From assembly GCA_030141605.1 (NCBI GenBank), contig JAQGDQ010000855.1:1-64000 (forward strand): 64,000 bases of DNA. Direction: 5' to 3'. The notes under the pieces are model-generated. The model had not been told where the DNA came from and did no database searches. It saw only the letters and a list, made by a program, of their open reading frames with translations. The translations under genes and the position numbers were made by a program. Source of the stretch: Tubiluchus corallicola. Taxonomy: Eukaryota; Animalia; Priapulida. Below, in pieces: positions 30,320-44,500 of this stretch (positions are counted from its first letter, which is position 1; every line of letters begins with the position of its first letter).

Positions 30320-33300
30320 TATATATATATGTATATATAGTTTACATTATATAACATTATATATATATATATATATAATTTTGTTACATTTTATTATTAC
30401 ATTATTTTATATATATATATATAATATAACATGTAATAATATCACATGATATACGACAATAAAATATAATAAAATACAAAATAATATGATATGATATGAT
30501 ATGATATGATATGATATGATATGATATGATATGATATGATATGATATGATATGATATGATATGATATGATATGATATGTATGATATGATGTGATATGGCA
30601 TGGTATGGTATGGTATGGTATGGTATGGTATGGTATGGTATGGTATGGTAAGGCATGGTATGGCATAGTATGGTACGGTACGGTACGGTACAGTACAGTA
30701 CAGTACAGTACAGTACAGTACAGTACAGTACAGTACAGTACAGTACAGTACAGTACAGTACAGTACAGTACAGTACAGTACAGTACAGTATAGTATAGCA
30801 TAGCATAGCATAGCATAGCATAGCATAGCATAGCATAGCATAGCATAGTCTAGTACAGCACAGCACAGCACAGCACAGTACTGTATAGTATATATATATA
30901 TGTATATATAGTTTACATTATATAACATTATATATATATATATATAATTTTGTTACATTTTATTATTACATTATTTTATATATATATATATAATATAACA
31001 TGTAATAATATCACATGATATACGACAATAAAATATAATAAAATACAAAATAATATGATATGATATGATATGATATGATATGATATGATATGATATGATA
31101 TGATATGATATGATATGATATGATATGATATGATATGATATGATATGTATGATATGATGTGATATGGCATGGTATGGTATGGTATGGTATGGTATGGTAT
31201 GGTATGGTATGGTAAGTCATGGTATGGCATGGTATGGTACGGTACGGTACGGTACGGTACGGTACGGTACGGTACAGTACAGTACAGTACAGTACAGTAC
31301 AGTACAGTACAGTATAGTATAGCATAGCATAGCATAGCATAGCATAGCATAGCATAGCATAGTCTAGTACAGCACAGCACAGCACAGCACAGTACTGTAT
31401 AGTATATATATATATGTTGTCTGCGGTATATAACATTTCCTATATATTTTATTTAATTAAATCATTTAGCACCAAAATATTTTTCAATAGTCACACCTTT
31501 ATCATTTTAATTCTTCTACTTTTATTGTAAATACATAAACCGCTTGATATCTTCAAAAACTATTCAAATTCATTTATAGGTTCATATGACTCAATAAGGT
31601 TTATATTACTTTACTTGCAGGATTATTTCCACCAGAACCCAGAATTATTGGAGGTGAAAAAGTTGTTGGAAGAGAATTTCCTTACATGGTAAAAATGGTT
31701 AATCATTTTTAAGGGAGAAAGATTTCCATCAATGTTTTTTAATAAAATGATGCAAATTTGCAGCAATGATAACACATTGTCTTCCAGTTCCTAATAATAA
31801 TTGATTTTTATTTTTAAGTACAACTGTTACTAATCTTAATTTTTTTCGGCAAAATATGTTTTCCAAACTTTACTCGTGATTGTAGATAGTACTAACTGAT
31901 GTACCAAACATTTAGCTTTTTTTCCTGTTTACCATATACGTCTCATGTAAATAACATTGTCCATGTTCTTTAAACAGGTTGCACTTTATAGAGAAGAAAG
32001 AGTAGTGGAAGGAGCATCCATATACAAAAAAAGATATGTGTGTGGCGGAATTCTCCTCAACAGCAAATGGGTTTTAACAGCTGCACATTGTGGTTACATG
32101 TAAGTGCCACGAAATACTATGGAAATAAATGTTTTTTTGGCTGGCTATCTCTTAAATTGGTTATACTATTTCTACAGCATAAAAATACAGTGTTCTTATT
32201 CTGATCACTTTCCATCTTTGTGTCATAATCCTCTATGCAAAATATGTTTTGTATTTCTCTGCATTCTTAATGTTTGCGTAATCATGTCTTTTTTGGCATG
32301 GATCCTCATCTTCCAGCTAATTTTACTATCCAGAGTTATAATAATGTATTACATAACTTATACAATTTTAATTATTATCATATAACCGATTTTAAAGCAT
32401 CTTATTTGTAATGTCAACAATATCATAAAACACGTAAACAGCCGTATGTTCGTTATTACTACTATTAATTTAATCACCAACAACAATTTATCATTATTGG
32501 AGTCCTGGGTTGGGTGACCGAGTGGTTTAGATTCCGAACTGCAACCACACAGTCTTGAGTTCGAGACTAGCAGCTGCTGACTATACATAACATGTTATTC
32601 GTTATTTGTGTGTTGCGTTTTTACCTGTATTGTTGTGGTGTAAATCGCCAAATAGCAGTAAATGGTAACGTTGTCTTTTAAACGAGCAACTTTAAGCAAA
32701 TATTGCCTTTGTCTTCGAAAACTTTTGACAGAAACAGCTGCAGTTAGCGCACTGTGAACTCAGTGGCTCAAAAGGTGACTATATGTGGCTGATAACCCAT
32801 CTGTAACTTCCATGAAAATCTTTTCACCTCTTCTACTGCCTGTGGCTATGTTTATTTACTTGATGCTATATAATCATCGTTACATGGCTAAGAATCTCTG
32901 CTGATTCATGAATTATGAATTATGAATTTATTCCACAGCAACTCAGACATACATATAAATTGATATTACATTGAAAAAAATAAACTATGCGAGTTATTGT
33001 GAGGAGGAGGAGGAGGGAGCATTGAGTTTTCGAATCCTCCTCCAGATAAGTGAAACAATTGACAATTAACATTACATTTTCATCAGTTATAACGTACATT
33101 AGAACAAAATAAGTTTTGTTAGTAACTTAAGATCAGGATGAGTAAAATTGTGAGTTAATTATACCGTTGTAGTAGGTAATTCTTTGATGCTTTTTTAAAT
33201 TGATAGAGATTAAGAGTTTTCATTTCACGCGGAATTGATGACCATATTTCAATAGCATGATATTTTGATGACTGTTTCATTATATTTGTTTTTGGAAGAG

Positions 33301-36300
33301 GGTGTACATAGTTTTCGACTGAATATCTTGTGTAATGATCATGTTGATTTGAAACTGGACTAAAGTATGACTGAAAAGCTGGTGGAAGTAGTGATTCAGT
33401 CACTGGTGAATTCAGCTTCTCATAAAACCTTAATTAACCTTGATAAAGATTATTTTTAATTTTAAATGCTGGGAATTGGCTTTTTTGGCGTGCCTATGCA
33501 CAAATAAACGAAAACACTTTTTGACCAGAAGTCTAAGAATGAATGCCTATACAATTATGTATTGACTTGTTAAATCAAATTTGTGTTTATTGCATAGTAT
33601 ACGCACTGGGCGCGACTCTAAAGTATACCTAGGAAGCAACAAATTAGAAGAGCCAAAGGTGGAACGTTGGGTATGGCTTACTTTTACATTGTTAACCTTG
33701 AGCATAATAATTCATAATTATATATTTATAATAATTGCTTCATAATTGTATATTTATTAACTATGTTTTTCTCAGTCTGCAGCTTCAAATCTGCTGTTTA
33801 GCCTTCTATAACACCGAAATTAATAGATAAAATTATACTGCTTTGGACATGTACATTATTACATTATTATCATTTCTTTAATTAGAACTCTCTGTCATGT
33901 TTTTAGGTGTATTATTTCAAGAGACACCCTGGATATAAAAGATCAGCAAATAGGACCATTAGTAAAGAAACTGTTGATATGGGTCTTGCAAGAATGGATC
34001 ATAGAGTTAGGTTTGATGACGACATTCAACCTGCTAAACTTCCGCGCTGTCGCTATTTTGACTACTTCAATCAGACAGTTATTTTATTAGGATGGGGTAA
34101 AAGTAATCCAAGTATGTCTTCAAAAATTCATTCGTTACCTATATGTTTAACATGCATTCAATTTATACCTTTTTAATTGCGAGCACTGAAACTTTCTGCA
34201 TTGAAACTTATACATGGACTCATAATTATGTTATATTTCCTGCAAAATTTCTTAAATTTATTTGTGGACGTACACGTAGTATAAATCTCAGAATTCCCCA
34301 CACACAACAAATTAGTTCGTGGAGTGGTTTAGGATCAGTGATTAGTATTAGAGTTAGGGTTATGGCTTTGGTTGAGGGTAGGGTTGGCTTTGGGTTAGGG
34401 TTGGGGTTAGAGTTACGGTTAGGATCAGGACTGGGTAAAGGCTAGGGTTGACTTAGGGTTAGAAATGGGGTTAGGGCTAGGGTTAGAGTTAGGGTTATGG
34501 TTAGGGTTTTAAATTGTGTGGTCAGTAATAATCTGCTTCCTGGACGTATAACTAACATGTTTACCTACACTGCGTGAGTTGACGACTCGACAGATCGACT
34601 CGACTCGCATCGACTTTGCCACACGTAGTCAGGTCAATACTCAGGTGACCCATGTCTCAGCGAGATGATTAGGCACTTGACATGAATGACGCCAAAAAAC
34701 TGTACCCCCGTACACTGCTTCGTTCTTCGTCAAGTGACGGAATGCGAACATTTGTTATTAATGGCACTGTGAAAGTTATAACTGTATATTTTAGGTGCTG
34801 CCATCTATTGATTAGTCACTTTAACATTTTACTAGTTTAAGTCAGCCCTAGTACAATTGCTCGGTCCAGTGAATATGCAATCTCACTGGATCTCCCCTAT
34901 TTTTACTGTAATGGGATATGTGAAGCCAAGTTTTTGCATAGTTCTCTACCTATATAAACTGGCTGGATTTCACTTCTAGCCACTGTCTCTCTGTCACGCT
35001 CTCAGTGACGTGCAGTCGATCTACTTATGTGACTCTGTCACGTTCTCAGTGCAGTGCAGTCTCTCTGTCTCTCTGTCACGCTCTCAGTGACGTGCAGTCG
35101 ATCTACTTATGTGACTCTGTCACGTTCTCAGTGCAGTGCAGTCCAGTCGTGCTACACACTGTCTAACTCACACTCTCAGTGCAGTGCAGCAGTTGTGATC
35201 TTCATTTTACTCATGTGTATTTAGTGTAATAAACGTGTTTCAGTTTTTGCGCAGATATGTAATATAGCGTTCATTCGTTTTCTACAAGTGTTCAACTTCA
35301 TACATGACTTTCACAGGCACTACCAAACTAGAACATAAAAACGCTTTTAATCCTTCTCCGTTTCACGTGTTATTGAATTGTGTTGCCGTTTGATTGGTCG
35401 TTGTCCACTGAGTAGCATGACACTGACCTACGCGATTTTAGACTTTCTACGCGATACTATCAGAAACTAATGTTGCTGATGCTGCCAGCAGATGAAAATC
35501 AGAATAATAGACATTTGTACCATTACTCTTCAGCCTGACTGACCGAATCGTGCAGCAAGGCAGTGTTTACGTGATTCTCGCATAGGTGACTCTTTCCGAA
35601 TCTTTCAGCAAATGACTCCTTCCTGCCAAACCAAAGTTTTCCATTAAGCCACCACATTTAGTCACTCTGCTGAAAATTTCCAGCCCTAATCATGAATTGA
35701 AGCTCCAGCTGTTAATACTGCCACAACAACCAGACAACACTGAATAAGGATATAGTATTATATAACCCTTTCTAAAATCCTTATAGATTTTTGTATTATA
35801 TGATTATGTTTTTGTGTTTGTGTTTTTCTTAAATAGACTTTGATACTAGTAAAATCACTCCTGACTTACAAAAGGCATCGACTCGAGTTGACCGTTCGAG
35901 GTATTGTTCAATAGTTAACAGAACTGTCTGGCTATGCACTTACACCCCTGGCATTTCTGGATGCGAAGTAAGTATGGACAACTTTACTGTGACAATAAGC
36001 CTTTTCACAGTTTCATCGTGTGCACGCACAGTTGCTGTAGGTCATCGTGTGCACGCACAGTTGCTGTAGGTCAAAGGTTAAGTGTACCACAGCAGGTGTC
36101 ACGACCATGCCATGCATGACCGCTAGCTAACTGACCGATATACAGGGCCATTCATTACTATAAGATTTTGAACAGTATAGAAGCCATTGAATACTATGCA
36201 TTATATGCAAGGTCATTCTATCTAGGCTCTTCATGCAGGTACCGAATTTTCTGTTGAATGGATGTCTAGCCAGGCCGTTTTTACCTGGTTGACATAGCTG

Positions 36301-39300
36301 GTACCTTTCTTCTGTTCGCCATACGTTTGAGACACGTTTTGTCTATGAGTTTTATTTTGGCCTTAATGGCAAAATTCAGTTGATGTCCTGTGAGAGACAA
36401 TAGTTACGTACACAATGTTGTATTGACAACCTTTACGTAGCACCAGCACGACTCAGGAGTGAGGTAATTGCCTCGTCATACTTCTTCACTTAGAGGAACT
36501 CTTGGACAACCCACCCTGTGAGGGGTTCTGAAACTTTCGGGGCATTGGTGGAGTGTTTACATAGTGGTGGAGCCCGCAGCATCCTGGTTACGCTATTCGG
36601 CGGTAGAGGAGACGCAGAGATACGACTACGATTCCAGATTAAACTACTTGTGGCGTGTCAGAACTCATGGATAGACTACATCCGCCTTATTCCAGTAGTG
36701 GATCGTGGATTTGGGACTGTGAACCGTCCTGGGTGCATCCTGGAAGAGCCGGCCATCGGGAACTACATATAAACATGAGTATACTCCTTGCTGTTCGTTA
36801 AATCTGGGCCCAGTAGACATTATTTTCTCCCGTATGTACAATTGTTCTTTGCTTTGGTCTTGTTGAATAATATACTGTATGATTTGCACAACATCCAGGT
36901 GTTTAATAGTTCTATTTCTAAGTTTGTCAAAACATTTTACGATTAATAACTCAATGATTATATTTAGTAAAATAATCGAGTCCTATAGGAGAATTGCCCC
37001 TACATGAACCCAAACGCTTGGTGATGAAATTAGTAGAAATGATTACCCTGACATGTTAGTAAATTACGAGCTCTGTCTGTTTAGTGTTTCCTGTTTAGTC
37101 GTTCACACTCACGGAGAACATGTGACCCGAGCTTTAGATTTGAGACTTTGATGCTAAATTACCCTAGACGAGTTATAATATATTAGTTTTATTCCCACAA
37201 ACCGTCACAGCAGGCATCTTAACTACAATTGTCAAGTGACATGTGTATAATGCAAAGCCATCTGCAGCGTCAGTTCAGTAACTTCAGTTGTTTTACGTGG
37301 ATTTAATACTCAACTATGCATTTAGACCATGCGTAGAGTGATTTACTGGTAGGATCTTGCTTGGAAACAAGAAAAAATGAACCAGCTAAGATTCTATCTA
37401 GGTGTTAAAACGGTTACTATTGCAATAGAATGGTCTATGAGGCGTTGTCAAGTGCACACAAATGCGTTGTCTGGTACACTCAACCTTTTCACGATCGTCA
37501 TTAATCGCTGGAACTGTGAAAACTCCAATCGTCTTTTCGTTTTAGGCATTTTTTGTGTATTCAATTATGTATTCAAAAGTGAACGAAGACCAACAGCTTT
37601 GTTAATAAACAATAATTATTGTTTGTTCCATGTAGCACCATTCCATTCAAATAAATGTGATCATAAAATTGACACTGTGTGTGTGTGTGTGTGTGTGCGT
37701 GTGTGTGTGTGTGCGCGCGTGCGTGCGTGCGTGCGTGCGTGCGTGTGTTTATTGACTGATTAAGAGATTTGATATTTTGGTTCAGTCCATAGCTCACTGC
37801 AAAAAAGGAGTTTTGATCATATAACATGATCATTACTGTCCAAAAATAGCTAAAGAATTATTTACAAATTCTTACTACACACTTACGATCACATAACATT
37901 ATCATTACTGTCCAAAAACAGTTCAAGGGTTATTTACAAATTCACGATAAACACTTTTGATCACATAATATTGGACTGAATTCGACCCAGGGAATCGAAC
38001 TCCAAGATGGCATTGCGGTCCTGATATTTCGCATCATGAAGTGCCATTTTATAATCGTTGTGTAACCGATACTTAATTACAAATGTTAATGTTAATTAGC
38101 TAAATTAATGTCTGTAAACAAGTACCTTATACCTGTTATAGCGTGTCATCTAACTCTCATAAAACAAAATACACAAAAACTACACTGTACGGAGTTTATT
38201 AACAGCACTAATAAAAATAAGTAACAAAAATACACGTGCACACAAAACTAACTAACTAACTCAGTAACAGCACTACACCCGAGGAGCACCTGTGTCAGAA
38301 ATCAAGGCTGTAGTGACCTCTACACGCTTTTATACTGGCATTCCAGGTCAGCTGGCTTCTCACACCACGTGTAGGCCCAAACAAGACGTCTGGACCTACA
38401 AGGAAGGGGTGAGTTGCTGTTGACGTGGAAGCAGGGCGTGTAGAGGGCCCTACACCTGACCCGACACAGGTGCCTCCGTAACAATAGGATCATAAAAATA
38501 AGGAGATTGTTTGGGGATTGTTTTTCATTATTTTTATATCCACTTTCCACTTTCTATGCCTGAGTTCAATGCACTTGGAAATTTACTTGAGTGCTTTTAT
38601 ATAATTAGCTCCATGAATGACTTTCTGTATAAAAGTGCTGCAATCTCCTAATGCATTGTAAGCTGTATAAGCTCTACGTGATCAAAAATAAAGATTTATA
38701 CACTTGAATGAGAAATTCCTATGAGTTCAAAAGCAAATTCCCTGACCGTAGATTAAGACGGATAGGACATTTTGTAAGATTACCAAGTGAAACACCAGTA
38801 AGCGTCGCCATGAAGCTCTAAGACCTTGCATAAGACCACATAGCAAACCAAAAACAACTTGGATAGCTAAGATAAATAAAGATGTTGAACAACTTCAACC
38901 AAATCTAGCTTTAAAAGTGAAAGAACTTATGCTGTCAGCTGCAAATAGAGTGAGTGGAATGCTTTAAAAAATGTTAATGCCTCTTTGCCTACAAAAACGG
39001 GAAAGAGGCACTGAAGAAGAAGAGAAATAACTGCTGTACACAGGGAATCTGTCCAGCGCGAGTTGGTCAGTTAGCAGTTTGGTCAAAGGAATACTGTACT
39101 TTTCCTGAATTTCAGTTACACAGTTTCACCGTAAACGTCAGTTTAGTCATGTACATGCGGCATGAATTATGCGCCATGTTTAGTCATTTATAAATTATAT
39201 GTGGCGTGGAACACTAAAAGCGAGTGTATGTAACGCGTGGGTTCGATATTCACATAGCAATTTAGATTGCCACACTCGTCCAACTTGCAGAGGGGTACAT

Positions 39301-39599
39301 ATAACTTGTCTCTACATTGTTTCCAGGGAGATTCTGGTGGTCCAGTGGTGCTGCCATATACGGGAGAAGTAATAGGAGTCATATTCAGCTCTACCAACAC
39401 GTGTTCAGATGCTACGCTTTCTGTAAAAATTGGTCCTTACCTGGATTGGATTGAAGAGACACAAGTTAAGGCTGAAGAGTCTAATTATCAACACATCCAG
39501 TCTAACTCTACTTATTTATATAACACAATATGTATAAGTTTCTTTTTCTGGGCTGTATACTTCACTTGTTTTTATGAATTACTTGTCTTTTTGTGCTAA
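30070..39599 (+). CDS. S1A serine protease zymogen SP3 (type A), 349 aa
   Basis: Exons 30070-30247, 31621-31688, 31978-32099, 33598-33670, 33907-34111, 35837-35967, 39327-39599 (1050 nt, in frame). PEPR|IIGG, TAAHC, VDMGL, GWG, GCE|GDSGGP. Confidence 0.92.
30258..31415. repeat. Compound pentanucleotide microsatellite, tandemly duplicated (~570-bp unit x2)
   Basis: The series (TA)n, ATATG, GTATG, GTACG, GTACA, GCATA, GCACA occurs twice. Confidence 0.9.
32505..32575 (+). other. Degenerate tRNA-like / SINE head
   Basis: A-box-like TGACCGAGTGG and B-box-like GAGTTCGAGAC at tRNA spacing, but no intact cloverleaf. Confidence 0.35.
32908..33396 (-). mobile_element. Second copy of the same LINE 3' end (SP3 intron 3)
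   Basis: Near-identical reverse complement of ~25096-25583; ORF 33155-33403. Confidence 0.8.
34325..34508. repeat. Degenerate TTAGGG-like tract
   Basis: Many GGGTTA/GTTAGG variants in SP3 intron 5. Confidence 0.7.
36097..37209. mobile_element. Probable solo LTR nested in a MITE
   Basis: TGTCACG...CGTCACA ends, 5-bp TSD GCAGG (36092-36096 / 37210-37214); splits a family-X copy that is contiguous elsewhere. Confidence 0.7.
38548..38875. repeat. Interspersed family Y; second copy ~41129-41460
   Basis: Clear direct similarity (CACTTTCTATGC.TGAGTTCAAT...GTAAGCTGTATAAGCTCTAC). Confidence 0.7.
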
Positions 39600-41571
39600 A
39601 TGTTTAGTTTAGTGATACAACATGATGCAAGCAAACGTGTTATGTTAACTAGAAATGTTAACTAAAGAAATGTTAACTAGACACTGTGCATTTATCTGGT
39701 TTCTAATAATATGTTACGTGTTAAGACCGGTCACAATGTTTTAAAAAAGTAAAACAAACCACTAGAAGCATAGAATACGGAAATTTCAGGTGGGTGGGAA
39801 TGGGTCGTGAATGAGTGAAAGTCATGTTTTGATTATATGAGCAGCTATCAGGATAATTAAGCTAACGTCGCACGTAAAATGGGAGCTTTTAGTTGCACAT
39901 AAATTCTTCCGAAAGATTGGTATACGAAATTAGCACACAACTCGCGGAAGAAATTATTTGCAGAAGATCTGAAGTTCTAAATGTAGCTAATCTTGGTATA
40001 TTGGCTGACAATTACAAGCAAAAACACCCAAAACATGTAGTGGTTTTTCTATTCCTGTTATTTCGCACACTTGTTATAGTTTCTCTACTCAGCACTACCG
40101 TTGTTACGTATGAGAAGCACATAAACTCTCACACGAAAACTCCAGCCGAGATCCATTTTTATTGGTAATAAACTTTTATAAGAGCTTTATCTTTTGTAGT
40201 GAAGGTCACAATGTTACCTGGTTGATTTGAACTTATTATGGTTTTGCTGGCATGTAGTAGGTGTTTGATACCTCAACGTGGCTGTTTTGGTTTAACAATT
40301 AGCTGCAATGATTAATCAGATATTTAATTTTTTAATAAACATAACATAACATAAGATAACATGACACAAAAGTACTTAAGCTATAAACTTGTTGATATCG
40401 CAGCCAAACGCTAATGCATTGTGATACTAGGCAACGAAATTTCACATTTCTGCTTCTAATTGTAGTTTATGGCTGAATCTTAGACACTTTTTTTCAGCGC
40501 CACCCGGTATAAGAAACAGAACAGATTGATCACCATTACCTAAACTGTTGTGCAGATTATGTATTGATGCATTTACTTCCGAGTACTGTTACCTGGCGTC
40601 AAAACCAGAGCAATAACCTGTGGGCAGTTTGTAATTTTTGCAACTTGATTTATTTCTGCAGCAAAATAATTATACGATTGGATGAAGAGCACCGGTTTCT
40701 GTGTTCTTATCCACGTGATCAACTTTAAATCCACGTGACAGAAATGAAACAATTGTGTCACTCTGCTTTAACTGCCTATAAACAATTTTGTAGCAGGGCT
40801 ATGGCAATTTTCTTTCTAAAAGAAACTTCAAGTGTAGACAATGTTCTTTACAATAATGGTTTCTTGCTTGTAAGCAGCTTTAGAATTTGGTAGACTGTGT
40901 TCCTGAGAAAATTCTAAAGCTGTGTAGAGGATTTTAGGGGCGTAACACTACCATGATGTAGAGACCACAGTGTTTTATACTGAATGACCTTTTTGTTGTT
41001 TACCTAGGTTATAATTCGAGCGCTGCCATTATGTATATAGTACTGCCTCCGAAATATCATTATAGGACTTACACGGTACACAAATTTATGGAAAATAATT
41101 GTGATTGTTTTTTAATATTTTTAAGAAGCCACTTTCTATGCTTGAGTTCAATACAGTTGGAAATTTGTTTGAGTGCTTTTATATAATTAGCTCCACAGTG
41201 TCTTTCTGTTTAAAAGTGAGGCAATCTCATAATTTATTGTAAGCTGTATAAGCTCTACATAATCAAAAATACAGATTTATACACTAGAAAGAAAAGAATT
41301 CCTGGGAGTTCAAAAGTAAGTCCCTGGACCAAAAATCACGGTGGCAAGATGGCTTCTAAGATTACCAATTAAAAAATCAGTAAAAATCGCTAGGAAGCCT
41401 TAAAACCTTGCAAAACACCACATGGAAAACCAAACACAGCTTGAATAGTTAAAACACATAAGTGCCCCGAAACACCATTCTCAAATATTTCTAAAGTTTT
41501 TTTTAAATTGCTTTTTAATTTTAGTTGCTCGACTATTAAAAAATCTTTCCCTGAAGGCCAGACAGGTACAA

Positions 41572-44500
41572 ATGACTTGTAATATTGTAGTTATACTCTT
41601 TTTACTCTGCACTACATGGTCATGGTTTAACGAGGGTCAACCGAGAGACAAAGACTCACAAAATTCACGTGCAGAAAAACTGAACTCAAAAAACAGAGTA
41701 CTGCATCATCGTGAAATTGCCAGCCGTCCAGCTGATAATGGTAGGTAACTTTTTATGCGTAATAAGTTGCCTGCATTTTTAGCATTTCGTACACATTTAG
41801 TACTAATTTTAGCTAAATTGTTGCACAATTTTTTTTGATTATTATGCATTTATCATTCTATTTCTTGGACAGTTATTGGATGTAAATATAAATAAATAGC
41901 TCGTCATATTCAAAAACAGCAGTCACACAAACTGTTGTACGATTATTTTTTATTACTTGCAGGAACACTGCCAGAGCCCAGAATTATTGGTGGTGAAAAA
42001 GTAGGAACTGTTAGAGAATTTCCTTACATGGTGAAAAAGTTGCTTTCCTCTTTCAGCAATAATAATAAGTCTATTTAAGTGTATTAAAATTGTAGAATTA
42101 GTGTAAACGAACGACTGTAGATGGCAGCATAGACTAATTCAGTACTTTAATGTAGTATAGGTTTTACACTTCAAATGTAGACACAGGAAAGTTCAAATGT
42201 GACTTAGGTAAGTCAAATGTAGATGCATTACTTTGAATAAATCGGTAATTAAGTTATTTAAGTGCAAATTAGAAAAAGATAAACCAAAGATAGTGCATCT
42301 ATTAGTAGGCCTATAACGTTGTTATTTTAACTTAGGAGCAATTATTAAATTGAAATTAAAGAAGATTAAATTTAACATCCTTAAACTTCAACACCTATCC
42401 CACATTTGAGATACCAATGTCACATTTGACTTGACATGTGTCTACATTTGACTTACCAAAAACGCTTAAGATTTGTTGAAAACCATTGTTAACACATTTG
42501 AACTACCTAAGTCTACATTTGAGTTACCAAGACACATTTGAATTACCTAAATCTACATTTGAGTTAACCCAGGTCTACATTTGACATGTAAAACCTATAT
42601 TACGCACAGAAAACAATGGAATGTGATAAAGGACTACGTATGGTAGACCAATTTGAAAAATATTAAATGAGCTACTAGCTGAGCTTAAATTTCTCAGTAG
42701 AAATGTTTGATAATCCTTATTACAGCGCTGACAATGTAATTTATTACTTGTTATCAATGATTTTCATGTCACAAACTGAAGATTTTGCAAATAATAGTTT
42801 GAGAATTTGGAATTGAAATGATGTTAGAATTGTGTTTGAAAATCACATTTTTGCTTTTGTTAAATTTACAATTTTTATTACTGTTGGGGGGGGGGGGCTA
42901 CGCTTCCTAATAATATAACCACAACTTGAAATCTTTCAACTCATGACGCATGTTGCAAATGTCAAGCAATCTTCTCCTTAAAACGGTTCCATTAATCCTA
43001 GATCTTGCGTGTTTGTATCATAAATAAAATTTTGTGACATGTTTGTGTCATATCATTTAATGTTACACCTCGGGTAGCTAGTCTTTGAGCAACAGTATAT
43101 GAAATACGTATATCCTCCAAGCGTTTTATGTTTGCTTATTTTAATATCGAAATGAATACGGACTTTTTTATTAGTGATCTTATTTAGTATTTAGAGCAGG
43201 GTTACTGTTCTCAAGTATACATCTTATTCTGTTAATTGATTTGCAAACTACTGAAACGAATAGTACTCATTTATTACCGATGACGCGGGTCTGTTCATCA
43301 GCCTGCATCCCTAGACCACTAATTTGTCTTATAGATACATTTCATATACTACAAGCAAGTCTCGCCATGCTTGACTTACGCATTTTCTGTTTCTGGCCTC
43401 TGACAAAAAACATTTCTTTATGCACTTAACCACTGCAGTATTCGATACTCTAGAGTATCGTGCGAACACAGATCCATTCACCCAGCGAAGAGCACTTGTG
43501 AGTCTTATGTACCTAGACAATGATGACTAAAATGTCGCCAAAAGTAGGCTTCTTTGCACTTTGGCTTTTTTTCTGCTTAAAGATTTCTTGGTGCACACCT
43601 ACTCCACAATACCTACATACGGGTAAAATATACTGGAAAAAAATTAAGAAGTCCCAGCTAGCAAGAGTCGAATCATAATCGTGAAACTGACCAATGCCTG
43701 TTGTTCTTGCCGCTTGAGTAAAGGTCAGATTTCGCTACAGTGCTGTCCTTTCCTCCACCTTGGCTATCTATCCTCTGCCTAGCAAGCCCAGCGAGTTGGG
43801 TACTTGAAATGGTTGCATCGCATAAATAGTAAAGATTTTATAATCTCGGAATGTAATAGACCACTTAATGAGTGTATAAGATAAGAATAAAGATAAGACA
43901 AGATAATAATTTATTTTTCCCCAATTTTAAAAATACAAAACTGCAAAATGCAAGAGTTTATGTTACCAACGAATAACTAAAATTGTGCAGCTACGGCTGA
44001 GAACTAATTTAATTAAGTACTGTATATTTGAGAAGAGGCAAACAGGCCTAAATTACCTAGAAATCTTTGTACTACTATTTTTGCGTCAAGCATACAATTT
44101 TAAAGACTAAGAAATCGTTTGAACAAATGTAAACCGATCTAATTACACCATTCAGCTTCTGCTACAAAATACGAAAACCCAAAATTTGAACAGCATAATG
44201 CTTATGCAGTTTGGCACGGTGCTTAATATACCGGTATGTTTAGTGTTGTTCATTTTCATTAAAACAGGTTGCATTTCTTAGAAAAGAGTTAGTAGAGACA
44301 GATACAAGTTTCTACTATCGCATATGGTTGTGTGGAGGAATACTACTCAATGACAAGTGGATTTTGACAGCCGCTCATGGTATTCTACGGTAAGTGAGTC
44401 GACCCTTGACTTAATAAGACCTAATTCTTGACCCTAATAAAACCAAGTTGTGGCCTTACTGGTAAGCAAAGGCTACAAAACAACTTCGGGCCTATAGTAA

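Noticed and set aside
30402-31436. ORFs with LCYAM/LYCTV/YHTIP repeats
   Set aside because: Pentamer microsatellites that are stop-free on one strand by composition, within SP3 intron 1.
32505-32575. Functional tRNA gene
   Set aside because: A/B boxes are present but the acceptor and anticodon stems do not pair; at best a SINE remnant.
36518-36889. ORFs inside the LTR-like insert
   Set aside because: No gag/pol or other recognisable motif; probably chance ORFs in less AT-rich DNA.
43250-43310. Hammerhead ribozyme (minus-strand CTGATGA)
   Set aside because: No stem II followed by GAAA could be built.
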